A stretch of 64,000 nucleotides of DNA from Magallana gigas (Eukaryota), in NCBI RefSeq assembly GCF_963853765.1, contig NC_088858.1, positions 8,990,001-9,054,000 of the forward strand, read 5' to 3'. The first letter of the stretch is position 1. The number at the start of each line of letters is the position of its first letter. The notes below the pieces were generated by a model, which was given only the letters and a program-made list of their open reading frames with translations, was not told the DNA's origin and did no database searches. Positions 1 through 11,467 of the stretch are shown in pieces. A program made the position numbers and the translations under genes.

Positions 1-165
1 AGTGAAAAACAAAGTTTCAAGAATCCTTAAATTCATGACTAATGATCCTAACAATACAAACTGTTAGTAGAAATTGCACTTCAATGAACATTTATTTTCA
101 TGGATAAACTTAACAACGAAATCCACGAAAATTAGTATTCAACGAATATTGATGAAACTACAATA
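1..165. mobile_element. Partial MITE-like DNA element end (cut by the window edge)
   Basis: Ends ...CAACGAATATTGATGAAACTACAATA. The reverse complement (TATTGTAGTTTCATCAATATTCGTTG...) resembles TA-flanked Tc1/mariner-type MITE termini. The partner terminus is not in the window. Confidence 0.35.
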
Positions 166-2334
166 GTAGTTGCAACCATGTACATGATGTAGCTGTCGTT
201 CAACAACAATGCTTTAATTCTGACATGATACGTTGCAAGGATCGTTTAGAAATGTTACTTTTTCAGTAAATACTAAAGGCCTTGTTTTTCAGAAGATATA
301 GTGATAATTTACAAATGCATCACAACACAATGGTTCTTATAAATCTTGCTTTCAGCATTCATTTGTACATACACCCACTAATTAGAAAAATACACATATT
401 ACAAGTAGAGGATATAAGGGGTTAATTTTAATTATTCCTGATTTAAATAATAATTATTCAAACACTAATCATAAAAGAATAAGTCTTAGAAATAAAATAG
501 TTTCGCTCAAAATATTTTTTATTACAGAGACCATTTAGATTTCAGTACAAAATGAAACATATATACATTGAAATTATTTTTACAACCTGATGTGGAAAGT
601 AATTAAAATATAATTAAGTTTTGTTTTAAACGGCACAACTTAATAACTTAACCAATGAGCGTTAGCATAAGTCGATTCCACAGTGAAATAAATTGGGTTT
701 GACCTTTTTTAATTCTGAAAAAATGTTTTTTATCTACAGAGTACCGCATTCCATGCATGGCAAAAGGTATTAAACCCCAGTCTAGTTTCCAGAGATGAAA
801 ACTTGTTTTGTTGTTTAGACCAATGGAAACAATTTCTGTTTAAACATATTTCTAAACCAGAATATTTCAAAAAAAAAATCTAAATTTTTAAACAAAATGT
901 TTGCGTCATCAACACAGTGGAATATTATGCGACTTGTCATCAACGGAAATTCCAGATTTTGTTTTGTTTCTACATTAAGGATAGCTAAGATTTCTGCACA
1001 AACGACAAATATTGAAACAAGGTCAAAATTCTCTTTCTATACTGATTTGTTCAGATAAATCAATTGCACACACTGTAAAAATGATGCCTCTAGATAAATT
1101 TTTAAAAAAATTTAAATCCGGTGTTATATAGTGCCTTTTCCCCCTAGCCATCTTTCCCCCCGGAAAAATGGCTATATAGCAGTTCTTCCCCCCGGAAAAA
1201 TGGCTATATAGCAGTTTTTTCCCCAGGGAAAGCTGACTATATAGTGGGGTTTCCCCCTTTTTATAGCCAGATTACCCCCACGGAAAACCTACTATATAGT
1301 GGATTTTCCCCCTTGTTTTACATTCCGGCCATGTTTATGGTGGACCATTCGTGGCAATAATTATAATTTGCAATAATTGATATGATATTAATTTCTCATA
1401 AAAAAGGATAATTATGGCATTTATCAATACATATAATAAAATAGTATTTCATGGTTTTTTAACCCCAAATATGAACCAAGGCATGCACCTCCATAAAATT
1501 CATGTGTCATCATCGTTTATAGAACAATGTCAGTATCTTTGCTGGTTACTTTGGAATATGTGTAATGGAGCCTAAATTAACCCTATGTATATATTTACAC
1601 TCAGTATTTGCTAATTTTCCACTTTTAAGTTTGCAACGTGATTTATAAATAAACAATTTTGAAAACGATGCCATATAAATCAAGATATACGATTCACTTA
1701 CCTAAAAATCGTATATTACTATTTGTTTCATATTTTTGCAATAAAGATTTACTTGTGTACCATATTATTTCTTCGAACAATGAAACAAGGGTAATTAAAA
1801 AAAACCCAAACCCCCCAAAAAACCAACACATCTATTGTGATGAGCTGACTTACTTTTTTTTAAACATAAGCTTGCATGGTCTTCTAATCAACTAACAAGT
1901 TAAAAAAGTCGTATACATGTATGCGCTTAGGTTGGTTATTTATTTTTGATTTTCGGTTGCTCCTTTTATGAATAAAAGTTTATTGATTTATTTATCTAGT
2001 TATTTATTATATCATTAGTCATCTTATGAATTGATTATATGTTTTGAAGAATAATGAATTTACCTGCGTACCTTTTTAAAAAAATTGTTCGTAAACTTTG
2101 GACTATATATGATCTGGGCGCCTTAGATGGCCCCCTAAAATGAGCATCGTCGTTTTACTTCAATTCTTTTTTTCTCTTTGTACAGATATATATGTGATGT
2201 TTATACATAATGTTCAATTTGATTCAAGTGCTCACATTTAAGAAATATGACATGGTAAAGACAACCTTTTCCCGCCATTTTTGCAATTTTAGCATAAAAC
2301 AGCTTGTTTTCAAGCAGTTTTTCTTTTAGAAAAC

Positions 2335-2437
2335 ATAGAGCGCATGCTTGAACAAACAAAATATTTTAATCAGAGCAATATATAGCCAAGACTAATAAAT
2401 AACAAAAAAAAAATCTTTGTTCAAGCATGCGCTCTAT
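2335..2437. repeat. 22-bp perfect inverted repeat with 59-bp spacer
   Basis: ATAGAGCGCATGCTTGAACAAA (2335-2356) and TTTGTTCAAGCATGCGCTCTAT (2416-2437). Confidence 0.85.
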
Positions 2438-2786
2438 ATTTCCCATTCGTAAACGGATAAGAAAAATGTCAATTTTTGACCAATTTTGATTGAATTGTAG
2501 TAATTGCGTTACTTCTGACGTCATATATATACTGCAAGCGAGTGCAAATAAATCAAATGAATAGGTAAAAAATATATTTTAAATCAACTCTTCTAAAAAA
2601 TAACATAACATTTTACTGTACCCGAAACACTTTAAAAAATTGCGAATTATGGGGGCCAAATTTAAATCATATTATATATAGTTCTTAAAAAAGAAAAGCA
2701 GAATCGTAATTTTCAATCATTTTGATAAGGAAATATATGAGCGATTGTGTATTTTTAAATGATGTTTTTACTTTTAAATGACCGTA

Positions 2787-3240
2787 AAAATATGTTCATG
2801 TGGTCATCTTTAGTTTTTGAGATATGGGGCCCTAAAAAATACATTTTCTTTATAATTGGATTTCAAACATCGGGCTCGAAAACAACAAAGGCCCCAACCC
2901 TGTAGGGGGGCTAAAATTTTCAGTGTCATCTACTAGTGTTATAACACTATCACTGTGAAAATATGGTTAAGTGGTTATCTCTAGAATATGAGATTCGGAT
3001 CCCCACTTATAGAACACTATTCAATCATTATAATGGGGTTTTAAACATCGGGCCCTGAAACATCAATGGCCCCTACCCTGAGGGCTGAAATTTTCAGAGT
3101 CATCTACAAGTGGTAAACCACTGCCACTAAGAAAATATGGTGATATGGTCATCTCTAGTTTATGAGACATTGGACCCTTAAGAATATGCACTATAATCAT
3201 TATAATAGGATTTTAAAAATCGGGCTCTGAAACATTGGAA
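2787..3240 (+). repeat. Tandem repeat of about 172 bp, about 2.6 copies
   Basis: The AAAATATG...TGGTCATCT...CATCGGGC motif recurs at 2787, 2958 and 3132 (periods 171 and 174). Confidence 0.75.
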
Positions 3241-4649
3241 ACAAAATCTCTTAAAACAGAGGTTTAGCCTGGATGAAATTTTCAAAAACAGACAGCCAGT
3301 CTGATAGATTTATCAAAAAATTCTTAAAACATTCTCGCATAGTACAATTTCAGAACACAGAATTATGCATATAAGTGTATAACTTGTAAAACCAAGTATT
3401 TTTTTCCCAATTAATTAACTAAATTAAGTTTTATGTGTAATTCCATTACACAGATGTTCAGTTTTCAGCATAGTCTATGAAAATAATAAATCGGCAAAAC
3501 GAAACTTAGCCTTTATAGATGAATGAAGTTGTACATGTATGCAACCTGGGAGTGTAGAAACATTAATTTTAATCCTTACTGGATTTCCATCAATATTTTT
3601 TATAAAATCTGAACTAAAAACGTGAGGGAGAAACCCTACTATGGGGGAAAAGCTACTATATAGTATCTTTTCCCCTCAGGGGGAAAGGCTACTATATAGT
3701 AGGTTTTCCGGGGGGGAGAAGCTACTATGGGGGAAAAACTGCTATACAACACCGGTTCAAAATGACTTGTTCTGTTCCTCTTTCTGAGCATGCTCTTTAA
3801 ATTCTACCAAATTCAATAGACTAAACGACCGTTTAACATTAATATTTTATATCTACATGTATATACTTTTTTCTGGATTGCATAAGAATGTGATCGGGAG
3901 ATGTATTATTAAAGTGCATTTAGCTGATATAAACATTAAACATCTATTTAATTACGGTAAACACCAATTATGATCGCTGAATACAAAAGCACACATTCAA
4001 AGAGACCTAAGGCTTAGTTGATTTAAGGAAGTACAGCTATTCCTTTCGCCGAGTTTTTAATTTTCCACATAGATTAACAAGGATATATACAGTTATCACA
4101 ATTAATTAATATCTACCGATAAGTCTTAAATCCTTTTCACTCAACTGTTTGCAAAACCCCACTTTGCTTGGTATTTAACAATTGCGTTATGTCATAGACA
4201 AAAGTTACCTTGGACTAGAATTAGAATAATGACATGACATCCGGAAAATTTGTTTTCTTAACGAAACATAATTTACTTTTTAAGTGCATGACCCCTGTAT
4301 ACTTAGAAATCATTGCCAGATTAAGAATCAATTATTTTGTCATAGATCAGAACGACAAAGTTATAATCCTCCTTATTCCTTAAAAAAGAACATCTTGTTC
4401 ATAAAAATGCTCCTTTTCAGTTTTAAAGAATTCTGAAGCTATCTTACAAAATTCAATATTATTCAATACAAGACTTAACATAAGGTAACGTTTATAAGTA
4501 ATTTTAGTTATAAAGGAAAGTCTACAAATTATTACGTTTCTTTGGAATAGACAAGTTCTATTCCTTGATCCTTATCTTTGATAGAGACCGTCTGTTGAAT
4601 TGATAAAGCTGGCCTAAATCTTATCACAATCACTTAAACAGAATTGAAT

Positions 4650-5271
4650 ATGTCTGAAAATTACAGAAATTTCAAAGAAAATGGCAAGAAAATCATTGCT
4701 GTGTGCAGAAATTACAAGTAAGTTCGCTCGTGTTATGCTAAAGAAAGACATGAAGATTATTATCTCACATATGTATTCCTTAATGCACATTTGATTCACT
4801 AGTACTTATTTACAAATATTAGGTTATTACTACCTCATCACATCTGATTGACACAGTAGCATAACAGGAGTCTTACAAACAATGATTAACTGACTTGTTA
4901 TAATTAAAACATACTTACATGTACGTAGATTTAGATTCATGTTACTGAAAGCAAGCTAAACATTCCCTAAATTTTAGAGGACTGGTAGCAGCGCAAGGAA
5001 TACAAAATCCGGAAAAACCAATTCTCTTTATGAAACCGACTACCGCTTACATATCCGAGGGACAAGATATAAAGGTACATTTTCCATAACAGCATCAGAA
5101 AAAAAATGTAGCTAATATTATTCACTTAGTTAAAATTACAAAAGAGGTTTTAACATATTGGTGAATGTATACCTCTATTTGCAAAAGCGTGTTCCCAGTG
5201 TATCGTTCAGTTACATTTAAATTACATGTACGTTATATTATAGGTGTTAAAGCTTAAGGGTAAAAATTGGA

Positions 5272-5346
<75 letters not shown>

Positions 5347-6388
5347 ACTTATTTAATATGTATAGATGCAATGCAACTCTTTTAGATAATTTAGATATAT
5401 AAGTATAAGCAAAATATTATTTCTTCGAATAAACATTCCCCGGTATATATATGTATTTATATGGAAGGAATCCATGGAAATGGGGAAAATTGTAAACTAT
5501 ACATTTGCATTGTCAATCTTTCCTCGGTGTGAAAAATCAAGACTTACCTTCAATACACGTGTTTCTTTGGTTAGTTTTATCGCTAATACTGGTAATAGGA
5601 GTCTCTGCAAATTAATTGAACATATTGAAGCCCTGTTTAAACAGTGCACATGCCTGATGTCTCATTGTTTGCATAGATTGTCGATAAAGCTGCTCTATTG
5701 GATATAAAATAAAATCTTACCATCTTCAAACAACTTTTGAAACATAAGATGAAGGAAAACAATTCGAAATGCGATATAGTTCTCGCACCAATATCGATGC
5801 TCATTTTCGTTATTGGCTTTGTAATCATTGAACTGAGGTTTAGAAGGTCTTTGAATCAATATGGCATTATCATAATAATGTTAAACTTACTTGCAGATCC
5901 CTCTTGGGTGTAAATTGTTATATCATGAAGTGGAACTCGGAGTTGTTATCAGTAAAAGATGTTCAAACATCTCGCCATCTGATGCTTCAGATTACATTGG
6001 CGGATTCTTGCTGGCACTCGATATGACGGCAAAAGACTTCCACATCGAAGCTAAAGAAAAATCGAGGCCTTGGTTCCTCTGTAAAGGCTTTGACACGTCG
6101 TGTCCCGCAAGCGGCTTCATTGACAAGGAAAAACTATCAAATTATAGCGATACACGCCTGTGGCTCAAAGTTGACGGAGTTACGAAGCAAAATTGCAGTA
6201 CCTCGGATATGATTTTTTCTGTTCCCGAAATAATCTCTTACGTCAGCAAGTACTTTACACTAGAAGTGGGTGACGTCATTTTGACGGGAACACCGGCCGG
6301 ATCCGGCCCTGTACATGCCGGTCAGACTATTGAATGTGGTCTGGCTGATATTGCAACGATGAAATTTGCTGTAGTAGAAATTAACTAG
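4650..6388 (+). CDS. FAHD1: FAHD1-like fumarylacetoacetate hydrolase family protein, 3 exons
   Basis: join(4650..4717,4978..5074,5897..6388). All introns are GT-AG and phases are consistent. Protein MSENYRNFKENGKKIIAVCRNYKGLVAAQGIQNPEKPILFMKPTTAY...YHEVELGVVI...LALDMTAKD...WFLCKGFDTSCP...ILTGTPAG...VVEIN*. AATAAA at 6424. Confidence 0.92.
5276..5341. repeat. (TC)n microsatellite in FAHD1 intron 2
   Basis: Uninterrupted TC run of about 66 bp. Confidence 0.97.
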
Positions 6389-6731
6389 AGCCATTTTGTT
6401 TCTTTATGACCGATTTTATCATTAATAAATACATGTACTTGTGATTTACAAATATCGTAAATCAATTTGGGTAGATATGGACATAGTTAATAGAAAGCAA
6501 TAAGAACATTGTTACTTTTCAATACAATTTTAAAAAAATTGTCATAAAGAAATTGTTGACTTACTGGGTGTGAAACAGTTGTTGGTTTTTAAAATCGATT
6601 TTTCAATAAAAAGTAAAACCAAAAATTGCGTTGAAAGTATTAAATTGAATTTTTTTAAAATACAAAGAACTGAAGGTGAACAGATTTATTAAATGATGGT
6701 GGCTTAGTAGTTATATTTGCAAGGCATTTAA

Positions 6732-7050
6732 GGTACTTCACTACACCGAGACTTAAACTTTTTAATACACTACGTCACAAGATGGCGATTTAAATGTTTT
6801 GTTAAACTGTTTGTATCAATCGATTCAGATGTATATCGTAATAGCTCAGTGGTTAAAGTATCAGGCTTGTGAACCTCAGGTCATGAGTTCGAATCCGCCT
6901 GGGGCTTTTGTTCATGTTTACTGAATGAAATTTTTGAATATATCATTTTTTTAAATCTAAAATTGCACATTTGTCGCCTATTTGACACATATACTTTTTA
7001 TCCATCATGCTATCTATCATAATCAAGTAATTTTCTGCTGATTTGAGAAA
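6732..7050 (+). mobile_element. Truncated TTAA-flanked (Kolobok-like) non-autonomous element with an internal tRNA-like segment
   Basis: TTAA followed by GGTACTTCACTACACC. Internal A box TAGCTCAGTGG (6842) and B box GTTCGAATCC (6887). No matching right terminus was found. Confidence 0.45.
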
Positions 7051-7052
7051 CT

Positions 7053-7140
7053 CTGAGAATGACTCTCATCCGCGTACCATTACGGATACCAAGAATAAGA
7101 ACCGGTCCTCTACGTCTCATGGCGTAGGAGGAACTTAGTC
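7053..7140 (+). mobile_element. SINE 3'-tail fragment
   Basis: GAGAATGACTCTCATCCGCGTACCATTACGGATACCAAGAATAAGAACCGGTCC aligns by eye to the reverse complement of the tail of the SINE at 50391-50646. Confidence 0.6.
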
Positions 7141-7817
7141 AGGTTCGTGATTGTATTAAACACCCAGTAATAATACCCTGACTGACGTTGTTTTCCTATT
7201 CATTTCCTTTGATTCACCATGAATTTGTTTTTACTTGCAAGAGTATATTTGTCTCTTACTTATAAATTTCTTTCTTTTTTATCCTTTAAAGAGTTCAACT
7301 TTGTGAAGTACTTCAAAATAATGATTTGGCAGCTTGTTTAGACGTTTTCACCAAGGTTAACACTTCACATTTCCCTATTTTGTATACATTTTGTTCCATT
7401 CAATGACTACTAGGGATGACATTCGTGTCACAGGATATTGCAAGGTTTTGTCTGCTTTTGTCACTTTCTAATATGACCGGTGCATTACGGAGAAATCTTT
7501 GCGAAAATCGATGACTTACTTGAATAACCGCGAGATGAAATTAGTAAATGGAGAGTGAAAGGTATTGGAGGTCTATATGCGTCAATAAACAGATGAGGAG
7601 TCTATTGGAGCACCTGTACGTTTAAAGGGAACTTGAACAGAAACGCGATCCTTAACAATAATACGAAATGTATTTCAAGAACAGTGTTATTACCTTATTA
7701 AGAACAGGACAAGTGTCTGCATAAATGTACTTAATCTAGATAGATATAATCTGTGTGCATCCATATCTTGTACACAACACGACTCGAGGTTTCTGATCTG
7801 AAGGGACGCGTTTCAAC

Positions 7818-9729
7818 ATGGTGAGTGTTTTTCTTTTCCGTTTTCTCAAATTTAGAGTACTTCTGTTTTGTTCTGCTTTAATTTCAATGAATGATGTTTC
7901 TTCTTTAATAAATAACCCAATGTTGTGCTTCACGCTACAACTTAAATACCATACGTTCTGATGTGTTAGATATTGATGAGCATTTTTTAAAAGTAACAAA
8001 TCGTTATGCATGGAAAGCATCGTTTTCATTTACGGGAAGCTGGATGGTCACCATTTTATCATCAGTTCTAGTGATTTGTTTCGAACTTGACGTTCTTTGT
8101 CATTAACACTCAAAATATATTACACAGATTTATACCTTTGAAATTCGATCTTACCAGAGAATTTGCTTTACATTATTTACAGAGCTTCTTTTTTTTAAGT
8201 GGTTTAAATACTCTGAAAATTACAATTCAGACGTTAAAATTATAAACTTCAGTAATCAAATCTGTGGGTAAATACTCTTTTTGACAATGTATAAAACACG
8301 TTGTATATACATGTATTATCTTATTTATTCTATTCTATATGAACAAAAATCTTATGTATATACTAATTGGTTGGTTTTTGTTTTTTACAAAAATATTAAA
8401 ATGCGATTCTTTAGTTATAAGTAGATGTAGGTCATTAATCATTCAATTTTCGGATAGTTTCTACACAGTAGTAAACATTTATTTGCATTTCAATTATTCT
8501 AGGCTAGCAAACTGTCCCCAGAACAGATTATGGGTAAGTAGCAAAATAAACAGTATTGCTACATGTATTTTGAACAGTTTTAATGAAATAATCATATTTG
8601 GAGATTTAAATTGATGAAATTGAAATAGAATTCCATAGCTTTTAACCACAGTTAAAAGACATGTTAAATATGTTTTTACAATAATTTTATTAACTACTAG
8701 TATAAACTGTTATTCTTGTAGATTATTTTTTGTTAATGAGCTTTGCAAGTCAAACGATCATTAAGAACGGCATAACTAGCAGGCAAAACTTAATCTTAAA
8801 AACAAGAAATAGAAAAAATAAAGAGATTAAAACTTTTCATGAATTTTTTTAAAGCGTGTTTAAGAATCTTTGAAACAAAATTCATTGAAGACAGGGAAAT
8901 AACTCTATCTTTGTCAGTAAAGCTTGTAAGCCTTTAATTGTATCGACTGATTTCGCAAGTGTTTGACAGTCAATGTATATTAAATTATCAGAATTCCGAG
9001 TGGCTTTCAGTCTCTTTGACAAAGACAATGACGGTAGCATAAATGCAAAGGAACTAGGAACTGTCATGAGGGCCTTGGGCCAGAATCCTTCCGTCACAGA
9101 ACTCAGGGCAATGGTGGATGAGGTGGATTTAGACGGTAACGCCGAACAAAGACACTAGTCAGCATTGAGTCATTCATTAACATAGACTGAATATTGTTAT
9201 ACAATAAATTGAATTCTGTTTCATTGTCATTTAGAAAATGCAAGAAATTCTGCATTCATTCGCTGAATGTCATATGAACTATACCCATGTGCCCATCTTA
9301 CACGGATTCTTTCACTCATCTGTTTTCTATTCAATTATTTTTAGGAAATGGAGTAATTGATTTCGAAGAATTTCTGGAAATGATTGTCAAAGAAATGAAT
9401 AAGACTGACACAGAGGAAGAAATGAGAGAGGCCTTTAAGATTTTCGACAGGAGCGGGAACGGTTTCATCACTGCAAAAGAGCTAAAGCATGGCATGGTCT
9501 ACATGGGAGAGAGGCTTTCCGATGAAGAAGTCGAAGAAATGATGAGAGAGGCTGACAGTGATGGGGACGGAAGGATAAGCTTTGAGGGTAAGATTTGGGA
9601 TTTCTGTTTATCATTACAAAAATGATTTTTGTACACCTCTGTAATCATTGTTTCCATTTGTATTGTTTAATTTGCTTATTTTTTTTTGTATTTTCAGATT
9701 TTAAAATTTTAATGAAGACAAAGAGATGA
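7818..9729 (+). CDS. Calmodulin-like protein A (150 aa)
   Basis: join(7818..7820,8503..8533,8992..9135,9345..9587,9698..9729). [32 protein letters not shown]...[12 protein letters not shown]...[12 protein letters not shown]...[21 protein letters not shown]. Calmodulin exon sizes 3/31/144/243 and GT-AG introns. Confidence 0.92.
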
Positions 9730-11467
9730 CAGAATTTAGCAGCTGATAACAGTTTATTACATTGTCATTGTTCTTTATCTTTATGCAATAATGTAAAGCT
9801 AATTTGGATTTTGAAAAACAAAACGTATTTAATCATTCATATACATCATCGTATTTCTTGCGGTATCATTTTATTTTATGTATGATTTTCATTTTTGACA
9901 TAGATGTCATGTTAGATATTGCCTTATTGTCTAATTACGTTATCCTAAGATATGTTGTCAATCAGGAATAAAATTGATGAAAAACACATAACTGCTGTTT
10001 TGGGATTAACTTTCCTAACGTTTCATATTGCATGATACCCTCTGAATAGAAAAGATTTGAGATATAAGTGCAGATGATCTTTTATATCTTATATTATTTT
10101 TTTAAAAAAACCCATAATAGCTTCACAAAAACGCCCAGCTGCTTTTTTATTATCATATACATGTACTCAGTTGTCCTCTGGAAGCGAATAATTCAGCTAC
10201 CATGGAAGAGTATATGAAAATGAAAAATTGTAATGGTATAAAATGCTTCATTGAATATTTTTGATTTTAAAGACCAGTAGGCGTAGAAGAATTAAATACT
10301 GTTGTAATTTTTTTAAGATTTAAATTGGTCGGGATGTAAATATCAGTACACTTTTCACCGTTTCTAAGAATATGCATTTCCACCCTCAACCCCCACCCAA
10401 AAGAAAACACACAAAAAAGAACAACACGTAGATGCAATCACTTTGGAGCGCTTGCAAACATACTGGGAACTGATTATCTACTGACACATATACAATGCAG
10501 AATCTTTATTTACAATCTGCCTTGTCTCTTTAAATTTCTGTCTCTTATCGGTGTTGAATCTTTGTCTCTATAGATAAATTAACATATTACCAAGAATACA
10601 AATATACCAATGTTTGACAATTCGGTAATCAAATGCTATGGTTAAAAAGTTGGCAATTTGCGTGATTATGATCTAAGATGTGTGGTAGCACCACTCAGCT
10701 GGGGAATTAATGAAGCGCCTACTTGGTTGCAAGATTTAACAGCAAGGTAAAGTGTTTTTGTTGCATTTTATACAAATCTTATATTATAATGAAGGTAATT
10801 TTTCGTTAATATCTTAAGCATAACACTTTTATCTCTCTTGGGTCAAGTTTATATACGCTTTTCGTCAGCTTAATGTACAAATCAATAACTAGGCATTTTG
10901 ACCCTTTTCGCAAACCGTTTTTATAGTTCAATGTATATTATTAACTTTCTGATCATCAAAATCGTTATGAAAATATTGAAAAAAAGAATGTATTACGAAC
11001 AATGCAACATGTTTATTCTAGAGATCAACAATGAGTAAAAGAAAGCTATGTCGGAGAGAAGTTAAAGAATTTGATACATTCTGTTTACTTAATAAAACAA
11101 TTATTTCTGTCTGAATGCTAGGATTAACATATACAATCTCTCGACCCAAAAAGTAAAAGCGACTTTGTTTAAATGACACCATTTTCTCACAAAGGAAATG
11201 ATGACCTGGAAAAATGTTCTTAAAAGTTATCGAGAGAATAAAAACTATAGTCAGAAGGTAGTTGTGTCGTAAAGTTGGATTTGTTTGAAAATTTAAACAA
11301 ATTGTTTACACCTGGGTGATGTTGCTTTATTGTTAGGTTTATGTTGAATCTCGTGTACTTGAGAATTCGATTAGGAATGAATATAGAATACTCATTATTT
11401 GCGTTACAGATGGATTTATTTTAATGGAAGATTTTAACATAACTGACGTATAGTTTGTATCGTGGGC

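Larger units (their letters stand above)
1118..3755. mobile_element. Non-autonomous TIR DNA transposon, about 2.6 kb
   Basis: 14-bp terminal inverted repeats CCGGTGTTATATAG (1118) and CTATACAACACCGG (ends 3755), 1 mismatch. Both ends carry subterminal arrays of CTATATAG...TTTTCCCCC / GGGGGAAA motifs. No transposase ORF and no clear target-site duplication. Confidence 0.65.

Noticed and set aside
5474-5828. Short ORFs (77 aa +, 63 aa -) inside FAHD1 intron 2, and similar short ORFs across the window
   Set aside because: No recognisable motifs or splice support. ORFs of this size are expected by chance, especially with the alternative start codons used by the track.
6835-6905. Apparent tRNA-His(GTG) gene
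   Set aside because: A and B boxes are present, but the 5' and 3' ends cannot form an acceptor stem and the sequence lies within a transposon-like element. Treated as tRNA-derived.
7290-7690. Coding-like stretch upstream of calmodulin-like A
   Set aside because: Short open frames are interrupted by stops and match no family I recognise. It may be a decayed mobile-element relic. Only a translated search could settle it.
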